DNA from: Desulfosudaceae bacterium
GTDB lineage: Bacteria; Desulfobacterota; Desulfobacteria; Desulfobacterales; Desulfosudaceae
DNA: 64,000 bases
Reading direction: 5' to 3'
Assembly: GCA_963674745.2 (NCBI GenBank)
Contig: CAXXDV010000001.1
Location: 1,824,001 to 1,888,000 of the forward strand
Shown here: positions 56,970 through 64,000 of the stretch, piece by piece
How the letters are laid out: each line of letters begins with the position of its first letter
Position numbering within the stretch: the stretch's first letter is position 1
Notes under the pieces: model-generated
What the model was told of the DNA's origin: nothing
Database searches by the model: none
The model's input: only the letters and a program-made list of their open reading frames with translations
Made by a program: the position numbers and the translations under genes

Positions 56970-57653
56970 CTACATGTCGAACCGGATCGGTATCGTCATT
57001 CGCGAATCAACCGGCTTTCCCTTAAACATACCGGGCTCAAAGCGCCACTTTAAGACTGCGTCAACGGTGTTGTTATCAAAAACGCCTGGCGGTTCGGATC
57101 TGACAACGGCCGGGTTTTTTACCATCCCGTGACGGTCAACAATAAATTTTACGAGGACTTTACCGGAAATCTTTTCTTGTCGAGCCTTATAAGGATAAAG
57201 CGGTTCAATCCGGCTGATCAGGCGGGGCCGCTGATCCAGCTCATTAAGATTGAAAATCGAATCAATGCCGGCGATGGCCGGGGGAACGGCAATTGCCATA
57301 TCTCCGGGGCCTTTGCCGGCCAGGGCAGGATCAAAACGGGGCAAATCCAGCTGGATCTGCGGCGGTGGAGGCGGATCATTCTGCTGTTCGTCAGGCATAA
57401 CGTCTTTTTCCGGCAACGGTTTCAACTCTTCGTCTCTGGTCACCTTTTTCTGCTCATCCTGCGGTTTTTCAATCAATTGCGGTTTATCCATTGTCACTAC
57501 CGTTGCCGGTTCGCTCCGGTCCCTGGAGGGCCGTTGGGATCCGGTCAACATGGGTATCATTATAAAGACCAGAATGTTTATCAGGGCTGTTAATACAACA
57601 ATCCACAAATAGTTCAACATCCAGGACGGTATTCGGGAAGGTTCCGTGTCCAT
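56970..57653 (-). CDS. tonB: Energy transducer TonB
   Basis: TM anchor, Pro-rich linker, PLYPYKAR, WRFEPG, IPIRFDM. Start reassigned to MDTEPS. Confidence 0.9.
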   Translation of the reverse strand: MDTEPSRIPSWMLNYLWIVVLTALINILVFIMIPMLTGSQRPSRDRSEPATVVTMDKPQLIEKPQDEQKKVTRDEELKPLPEKDVMPDEQQNDPPPPPQIQLDLPRFDPALAGKGPGDMAIAVPPAIAGIDSIFNLNELDQRPRLISRIEPLYPYKARQEKISGKVLVKFIVDRHGMVKNPAVVRSEPPGVFDNNTVDAVLKWRFEPGMFKGKPVDSRMTIPIRFDM

Positions 57654-57667
57654 GACCAAGTCTTCTT

Positions 57668-58078
57668 TTATTCTGGTTTTCGGGCCGCGATACTGATGTT
57701 CTGCACACCAGCCAGCCGGCATCCATCAAGCACCTTTATCAGGGTATCGATCTGGCCCTGTTTGTCAGCGGCAATGACAACAGAACCTTTGGGTGTCTCC
57801 AGAACATACTGTTTCATGCGCGAACGAACCGATCGGACATCGATATGTTTCCCTTGAATAAAGACCTGGCCCTCTTCATCGATGCCGATAATCATATTAG
57901 CCGACTCTTTGGAAACAGCTGACTTTGCTACCGGCCGCTTAACATCAACACCCGATTCTTTCACAAAACTGGTCGTGACAAGGAAAAAAATCAACAGGAT
58001 AAAAATCATATCAATCAACGGCGCCATGTTGATCTCCAGGGCCCGGGACCTTCGGTTGCGGATGCTGCCAACGCTCAT
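57668..58078 (-). CDS. exbD: Biopolymer transporter ExbD
   Basis: INMAPLIDMIFILLIFFLVTTSF, VVIAADK. Confidence 0.93.
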   Translation of the reverse strand: MSVGSIRNRRSRALEINMAPLIDMIFILLIFFLVTTSFVKESGVDVKRPVAKSAVSKESANMIIGIDEEGQVFIQGKHIDVRSVRSRMKQYVLETPKGSVVIAADKQGQIDTLIKVLDGCRLAGVQNISIAARKPE

Positions 58079-58105
58079 GAATGTTTATTCCTTTTCTTTA
58101 ATGAA

Positions 58106-58693
58106 TTACAGTTCTCGTAAAAGCCCCAGGCAGAAATAATGTATTCGGTCCCTGATTCTTTCCGCCCGGCGACTGATAAAACTGCCTAGAATCAAGCCCG
58201 GTACTGCTACTACCAGGCCGGTCTGGGTGGTAATCAGGGCTTCGGAAATGCCGGATGCCATGGCCCTGGCATTGCCGGTGCCGAACAGGGAAATCACGTC
58301 AAATGTTTTGATCATGCCGACAACTGTTCCCAGCAGGCCCAGCAGGGGAGTTATAGCCGCAAGCACCAGGATGGTTTTGACATGCCGGTCCACCCGCATC
58401 TCATGAAGCCGCTGAAGTCTGTCCAGGTCCTTTTTGGTCGGCTTAAGACGTGCTGTCCGGTATTGCATGAAACTTTGCAGGATTTCAACCTGCCAGGGCG
58501 CTGCGGAAAAACCGGGTGAATCTTTTTCTTGAACACACTCCAGAACGGACCGTTCCTGGCTACGCCAGCGGTAAAATTCAACGAGTTTGGTGATAATTAA
58601 TCCCCACATCCACACGGAAATGACAATCAGGGGGATAATTACCCCACCGCCGCTCTGGAGATATTCAACGGTTTCAATCAGCAGATTGTTCAT
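58106..58693 (-). CDS. exbB: MotA/TolQ/ExbB proton channel protein
   Basis: PLLGLLGTVVGMI, GISEALITTQTGL. Confidence 0.9.
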   Translation of the reverse strand: MNNLLIETVEYLQSGGGVIIPLIVISVWMWGLIITKLVEFYRWRSQERSVLECVQEKDSPGFSAAPWQVEILQSFMQYRTARLKPTKKDLDRLQRLHEMRVDRHVKTILVLAAITPLLGLLGTVVGMIKTFDVISLFGTGNARAMASGISEALITTQTGLVVAVPGLILGSFISRRAERIRDRIHYFCLGLLREL

Positions 58694-60111
58694 TGGGCCG
58701 TTGCCCCCTCTGTGATAACGCCTTTCTTTAAAAGTGCCACTACGATTTTATTGCCTTTTTCCTCGATATCCCCCAGTATTTTGTCAATACGCCGTTCCAG
58801 AAAATGATGCATTAAGATGATCGGCACGGCTACGGCCAGGCCGAGCTGGGTGGTCACCAGTGCCTCGGAAATACCGCCGGACATCAATTTGGGATCGCCG
58901 GTACCAAACAGGGTAATCACCTGAAAGGTATTAATCATACCGGTCACCGTACCCAACAGCCCCAGCAGGGGGGCGATGGCCGCCAGGACAGCCAGGGTGG
59001 CCACAAACCTTTCCAGGCGAGGAATCTGTCGCAGTATAGCCTCCTGAATTGCGTTCTCCATGGTCTCCCTGGAGACGTTCAAGTGCTCGAAAACCGACCG
59101 TAACACCCGGCAGGTCGGAAAACGGTTGTTTTTATCACAATAGTCGCGGCATGCCTGCCATTCTTCCCGGTCAACATACCCAAGAATATCGGCCATGATT
59201 TTATCTGAGTTGGTACGAATCCGCATGAGAAAGGCAAATCGTTCGGAGGCCAGAACAATGGCCACCAATCCGATAAGTAAAAGCGGCCATATTAACAGGC
59301 CGCCGGCATTCAGCCAGTCGGCTACATCTTTCTTCTCCGACAGCATCTCAAAAACCGTACCGCCGGAAATGTCCAGAGGCATATGAAGTGTCTTGCCTTT
59401 AAAGTACGATTTCAAGGAAGACGACACGTGCCAGGGAAGATCCCCGGTTACCGCTACATATTTTTTATTTTCTCCTGTGCGAAGATATCCGACATCATTG
59501 TTACGGGTCTGAAAGGCTGCCGTAAGGGTACCGATACGAATGATCCGACCGGTTAGTTCGCTGTAGTCAGGACCGATAAAACGCCCTTCATACAATTTTC
59601 GTTCACCGGATGCGGCCAATTCCGACCAGTATATATCAACCAGGGTATGTACGCCCTCAATCCCGGGAAACCGTTGTTTTGAAATCAACGGCATTAATTG
59701 TTCCATACGATGCGGTTGTTCAGCCGAAACCGGACTTTTCTCAATCAATGCGACAGCCCGCTGCGCGGCATTATAAAGCGTATCTTCGACGTTTTTGATC
59801 TCTTCTTTTTCGCTTTCAATGGCTTCTTTCAGGATTGTTTCCCCATCCAGTAAATTCTGAAACGTCTCTTTTCTGGCACGAAAAACTTCTTCCGCCGCAC
59901 TCAGCTGTTCGGTCAGGCGGTTTCTTTCCTTCTGAAGTTGACTGCGATCCATTTGAATCAGGGACAACGTATATCGGGCATCCTGTTGTGTCTGTCGGCT
60001 CTCCTCGATAATCCGGGAAGCAAAAGATTCTGTCCGGGGTTCGGAAAAGGCTGTGCACAGAGGAAAAAGAGAAAAGACCAGGATGAACATATAACACCAC
60101 CGCAATCTCAT
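58690..60111 (-). CDS. Large MotA/TolQ/ExbB protein with periplasmic coiled coil (TtpC-like)
   Basis: Signal peptide, coiled coil, RIGTL, PLDISGG, APLLGLLGTVTGMI, GGISEALVTTQLGL. Confidence 0.9.
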   Translation of the reverse strand: MRLRWCYMFILVFSLFPLCTAFSEPRTESFASRIIEESRQTQQDARYTLSLIQMDRSQLQKERNRLTEQLSAAEEVFRARKETFQNLLDGETILKEAIESEKEEIKNVEDTLYNAAQRAVALIEKSPVSAEQPHRMEQLMPLISKQRFPGIEGVHTLVDIYWSELAASGERKLYEGRFIGPDYSELTGRIIRIGTLTAAFQTRNNDVGYLRTGENKKYVAVTGDLPWHVSSSLKSYFKGKTLHMPLDISGGTVFEMLSEKKDVADWLNAGGLLIWPLLLIGLVAIVLASERFAFLMRIRTNSDKIMADILGYVDREEWQACRDYCDKNNRFPTCRVLRSVFEHLNVSRETMENAIQEAILRQIPRLERFVATLAVLAAIAPLLGLLGTVTGMINTFQVITLFGTGDPKLMSGGISEALVTTQLGLAVAVPIILMHHFLERRIDKILGDIEEKGNKIVVALLKKGVITEGATAQ

Positions 60112-60896
60112 TATTTAATCCCTCCTATCGGCAGATCAACAATTTCCACGGCTTTTTTCTGACTGACCATATCAATGGTATCTCCGATCACTCCCTGAAA
60201 TTTGGATGAAAGGGCTTCCCACTGGTTGTTCTCAGGGTTCAACCGGCCGACATGATGACCATCAAAAGACCTGTAAAACAGGGCGATCCTGCCGATGCGG
60301 AGGATCTCAACCTCAATATCTCTCCCACCCACGGATAATGTTTCCGGTGTCACCTCCAGTGAACGGCCGTATTCCGCCTCCACCGCCAGAGCTTCCAGAA
60401 CACGGTTAAGTTTGTCACTCATGGACAGGTGATAATCATTAACAGCAGATTTCAAAAACGACAAACGCTGATTTCTTTCTTCCTCCAGAAAGTTCATATC
60501 CTGGGTGATAAATTTTTCCAGCCGCCCGATTACCGTGTCCAGGTAGGGTTCCAGTTGCCGACGTAATTTGTCCATTTCTTCTTTTTTACGTTTGAGCTCG
60601 GCAATGGTCGTTCGTTCATTTTCGATATATGCGGCATACTTCATGTTCTGATATTCTACCCAGGCCAACCGCGTTTTTGTCTGCCGGATTTCGGCAATAA
60701 AACCTTCTTTCTCCTGACTCCACTGGTCTGCTTCTTTCTGGGCCTCGATTTCCACTTCTATGGCCTTTTCCAGATGAACCCGGGCCTGATTAATATCGAC
60801 CGTCTCTGCCTGAACGACCGGGGTTAAGAAACAAAAGAACCCCGTTATCGCCCCAAAAAATTTTAATAACCGTGAAAAAGAAATATCTGTTCTCAT
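60111..60896 (-). CDS. DUF3450 family periplasmic protein (TtpB-like)
   Basis: Start MRTDIS behind GGAGG. FLEEERNQRL, EALAVEAEYG, LRIGRIALFY, VDLPI. Confidence 0.85.
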   Translation of the reverse strand: MRTDISFSRLLKFFGAITGFFCFLTPVVQAETVDINQARVHLEKAIEVEIEAQKEADQWSQEKEGFIAEIRQTKTRLAWVEYQNMKYAAYIENERTTIAELKRKKEEMDKLRRQLEPYLDTVIGRLEKFITQDMNFLEEERNQRLSFLKSAVNDYHLSMSDKLNRVLEALAVEAEYGRSLEVTPETLSVGGRDIEVEILRIGRIALFYRSFDGHHVGRLNPENNQWEALSSKFQGVIGDTIDMVSQKKAVEIVDLPIGGIK

Positions 60897-60927
60897 TTGG
60901 CCTCCGCCTTCTCCGGCGCTTAACAAT

Positions 60928-61995
60928 TTATTGTTCATCGATATGTTTTGCGAGGTCCTCCCAACGGTAATATTGAAACGTTCTGTCATTTGACATGGCC
61001 ACAAAAAGACCGCAGCGAAACGTTTCGTTCAAGGCCAGGGAACATACGTCGGAACCGTCACTTTCATTGACCGCCAGATTAATCTTCCCGATGAGGTGAT
61101 GGAGATGGGGTTGATCAATTGTTCCTATCCGGTTGTAAATATTGAAGCTGCCTGATTCCTGGTCGGAAACAAGAATATACCCTTGCTTTTCGTCTTTAGC
61201 ATAAATAGATATACCTTCCCGGTCAGCAGCGAATCCTTCTGTGCCAAACAATGCTAGCTCCTCATCTCCAGCATCCGGGTCGGCGTGGTATTTCCGTATG
61301 CCGATATTTTCATCAGCGTAATAGACGTAGCCATGCGCGTCATCGACGGCAATGGCTTCGATCTCCTTTGTCCCACTGAATCTGCCGAACTTTCTCACCA
61401 GGTCGGCGGTTACCCGGCCTTCACTTGTTCCCAGTCGATACTGCCACAGATAATCTTTTTCCGGTCCGTTTTTTCGTCCGACTATGGCGAATACCGCCCC
61501 GTCTGACGGCCGTTTATAAAGAGCGATTCCCATTGGCGACCGGTAACCCTCACCCTGTTCTTTCGCAAATACTTCTATGCCGCCGCCGTCCAGCGGTTTC
61601 ATGTCCGGCAGAGCGAACACCCGGATACAGTGTGTAATCCGTTCGGTTACTACGGCAATGTCCAACGGACGGTCGTTTATCATCAGCCCGTATTCCACAT
61701 CCACATTATTTGGTCTTCGCAAACCCCGAACGACCTTGCTTTCAATAACACGACCGCTCAAATCAAAAACATAAAGTGCCCCGGGATCATGTTTATCGGT
61801 GCCGATAACCAGGCTTTTCCCGGGTTCGGTCGGGTGCACCCATATAGCGGGATCATCGCTATCATTTTCTACCGGTGAAGTTACAATAACAGGCTGAATT
61901 ATAGCGGGCACGTCGGTTACAAAAAAATCCGTCCAGCAACATGCGCTCAGTGCAAGAAGGGTCATAAATAAAAATATTTTTTTAATTGTATTCAT
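60928..61995 (-). CDS. Beta-propeller phytase (3-phytase)
   Basis: DSDDPAIWVHP, IGTDK, NNVDV, EIEAIAVDD, ADEN, DREGISIY, VSDQ, ESDG. Start reassigned to MNTIKK. Confidence 0.93.
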   Translation of the reverse strand: MNTIKKIFLFMTLLALSACCWTDFFVTDVPAIIQPVIVTSPVENDSDDPAIWVHPTEPGKSLVIGTDKHDPGALYVFDLSGRVIESKVVRGLRRPNNVDVEYGLMINDRPLDIAVVTERITHCIRVFALPDMKPLDGGGIEVFAKEQGEGYRSPMGIALYKRPSDGAVFAIVGRKNGPEKDYLWQYRLGTSEGRVTADLVRKFGRFSGTKEIEAIAVDDAHGYVYYADENIGIRKYHADPDAGDEELALFGTEGFAADREGISIYAKDEKQGYILVSDQESGSFNIYNRIGTIDQPHLHHLIGKINLAVNESDGSDVCSLALNETFRCGLFVAMSNDRTFQYYRWEDLAKHIDEQ

Positions 61996-62090
61996 TATAT
62001 TGCCGGATAAATAATACCCCGGGTTCGCCAATTGAAGTGGGACCCGGGGCCAGTTTGATGTTTACATCGCATTCATTTTCATGCTGGAGT

Positions 62091-62135
62091 ATATCCTGAC
62101 GTTCTCCTCCCTGTCGGAGGAGAACGTCAGGATAT
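62091..62135. terminator. Perfect 20-bp stem hairpin between the TonB-dependent receptor and phytase genes
   Basis: ATATCCTGACGTTCTCCTCC-CTGTC-GGAGGAGAACGTCAGGATAT; no strong U-tract, so possibly a stabiliser or processing site. Confidence 0.7.
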
Positions 62136-62145
62136 TTGGACATAT

Positions 62146-64000
62146 CTACATGGCGAATTTAATACCCACCCGGGCCGACCAACCGTACTCTTCAAACTGA
62201 CGCAACCGGCCGGATTCTCCATAATAGGCTTTTAACGGCTCATTGGTAATATTGATCAGATTGGCATAAACCGTGTACTTCTCCATAAACGTATAGGCCG
62301 TTGACAGGTCAACCTGGAAATGATCGTCTATATATTCGTCTTCCAACGGTTCTTCGCCCAGCGAATCCAGATATTCGCTGCGGTAGCTTCCGCTCAGCCG
62401 GGCAAAAAAACCGCTTTTTTCATAAGACAGGGCTATGCTGCCAACCGTGTCCGAATGACCAACAAAATCGATATCGCGGGCAGGTTCGCCGCCGGTTTCC
62501 GGTACTTCAGCATTACTGCTGGAAACCGTCAGGTTGGTCAGAAAAGAAAAGCCGTCAAGAGGGGCCGGCAGAAATGAAAGCGCCTGTTGATAGGCCAGTT
62601 CCATGCCAAGGATATGACCGTGCTTGCCGTTATTCCAGGTGGTCAGTTCATAATCACCCATGTCGCTGGTCTGAGAGTAAATAAAATTATCGATATCCTT
62701 GTAGAAAACGCCGATAGAGGCCATTCCCACCATGTCGGGCAGATAATAAGACAATGTGGCATCCAGGTTCATGGCTTCATAAGGATCCAGTTCAGGGTTA
62801 CCGATTTCGATGTTGTCATCTTCGTCTGTTACCTGGGCATATCTTGTCTGTTCCCATAATGGCCGTGATATACTGTTGGTCCAGGCGGCATGAAAGACGA
62901 CGTCATCGATGATGTCCATTTTAACATGAATTCCCGGCATAACATTCGAGTAATCATGTTCAAGGCGGGCCGCGCCGACCACGGGATTGTCAAGGTCTTC
63001 ATCAATTATATATCCCTTTGCCTCCAGGTCGGTATACTCCATACGGATGCCGGCCATAACATCGACATCATCAAAGGACACGTTCCCCATGATATACATT
63101 CCGGTAATGTCCTCGTCTGTTTCATAGTCCTCCGCCAGTGAATCGACGACTTCATATTCCATGGCAAAGGCCTGACGGTTGCTTTCAAAACGACCCGTTA
63201 AACCTTCGTCAATCAGCGGAAAGTCGGAATATTCATTGCGTCCTCCGCCTGTATTCCCCGCCAGTGTGTCAAAGTCTCCCGGCGCATCGTCATTCACGTA
63301 TAATTCCACATCACTCTTTTTGTTCCTGGCGCTGAAAAGGAACCCGCCTTTAATATAGGCAGGATTAGAGGTGTCGAGTTCTTTTTTGAAATTCACACCG
63401 TATATCCGGGCCTTTTCCTCAACGATCTGGTTCTCGTCCGCCACTTCGTCAAACTCATAAATACCCAGGTCATTAATATCCCCGGTTTGCGCGGTTAACT
63501 TCGGCGTATCACCATAGGCGCCCGAGTAACGGTAACTCAAATCTTCGGTAACAAAGGTGAACTCTCTATCATCGGGGGTGTCCTGCTCGGCATAGGAATA
63601 GGCCGCCATATAATCGATGGTCCAGTTGTCCACAACATTTTCACCGCCAAAGGATAAAGCGTAGTTCATTTGAGTTTCAGTCCGGTCCTTCATTAGGATA
63701 GCCGTCTCCGGATAAATCCCATCGTCTTCATGAACGATCATACCCGTATTACCACCGGCATCTGGTTCCATGGCCATGTCGCCGATTACCGTCCGCCGCC
63801 GGTACTCATGATCTTCGTAATCACCGTATAGTCCGCGCAGAAAAAAATTATGGTTATTATCAGGTCTAAATTCCAGGTTGGCTGTAAGTCCCATCCTCTC
63901 ACGGGTTAAATCATACTCACGGTATTCCAGGCTGTCCGTAACCCAGATCCCGTTATCGTTCTGCTCCCATGGGTCGGCTTCGACATTGTCTGAACCGAGG
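62146..64000 (-). CDS. TonB-dependent receptor, 5' end truncated by window edge
   Basis: Frame is open to the edge (LGSDNVEADPW...LEYREYDLTRER). GNPELDPYEA, GVFYKDIDNFI, NLINITNEP and a C-terminal beta strand. Confidence 0.93.
   Translation of the reverse strand, partial: LGSDNVEADPWEQNDNGIWVTDSLEYREYDLTRERMGLTANLEFRPDNNHNFFLRGLYGDYEDHEYRRRTVIGDMAMEPDAGGNTGMIVHEDDGIYPETAILMKDRTETQMNYALSFGGENVVDNWTIDYMAAYSYAEQDTPDDREFTFVTEDLSYRYSGAYGDTPKLTAQTGDINDLGIYEFDEVADENQIVEEKARIYGVNFKKELDTSNPAYIKGGFLFSARNKKSDVELYVNDDAPGDFDTLAGNTGGGRNEYSDFPLIDEGLTGRFESNRQAFAMEYEVVDSLAEDYETDEDITGMYIMGNVSFDDVDVMAGIRMEYTDLEAKGYIIDEDLDNPVVGAARLEHDYSNVMPGIHVKMDIIDDVVFHAAWTNSISRPLWEQTRYAQVTDEDDNIEIGNPELDPYEAMNLDATLSYYLPDMVGMASIGVFYKDIDNFIYSQTSDMGDYELTTWNNGKHGHILGMELAYQQALSFLPAPLDGFSFLTNLTVSSSNAEVPETGGEPARDIDFVGHSDTVGSIALSYEKSGFFARLSGSYRSEYLDSLGEEPLEDEYIDDHFQVDLSTAYTFMEKYTVYANLINITNEPLKAYYGESGRLRQFEEYGWSARVGIKFAM

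Noticed and set aside
27740..64000. Phosphorus cluster as a tRNA-anchored genomic island
   Set aside because: The only att-like duplicate lies before the cluster, and no integrase or distal att is visible. It cannot be excluded beyond the window edge.

Overview
A 64-kb chromosomal window from a sulfate-reducing deltaproteobacterium (Desulfobacterales-like; inferred from a dissimilatory-type sat, MttB/corrinoid genes and gene content). The left half (1-27.5 kb) holds a methylated-amine cluster: a hydantoinase-like gene, two non-pyrrolysine MttB methyltransferases, a corrinoid protein, serA, a sarcosine/dimethylglycine methyltransferase and DUF1015. It also holds panC, an AT-rich ORF bracketed by inverted GTAG-REPs, SpoIID/LytB, a CHASE2 cyclase, a candidate structured ncRNA, acnB, sat, sfsA, an ArsC-PAS-sigma54 activator, citrate synthase, a DnaJ-domain gene and tRNA-Arg(CCT) followed by a decayed att-like duplicate. 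The right half (27.9-64 kb) is a ~36-kb phosphorus cluster: pstSCAB-phoU-phoB-phoR, a PiT transporter, an uncharacterised GAK-type operon (PHP-like, amphi-Trp, PhoU-kinase, ATP-grasp, HprK-like kinase, CofD-like, amphi-Trp with basic tail), an MCP, alkaline phosphatase-YibE/F, and a TonB-dependent receptor-phytase-TonB/Exb system. The best candidate for an undescribed system is a three-gene operon at 47373-51930 behind a putative Pho box: a glutamine-synthetase/GCS-fold-like ligase, a pyruvoyl PSD-type decarboxylase and an Lgt-like diacylglyceryl transferase with altered catalytic residues. I hypothesise it makes a phosphorus-free, diacylglyceryl-linked amino lipid. All family calls come from motif recognition by eye; no database searches were run.
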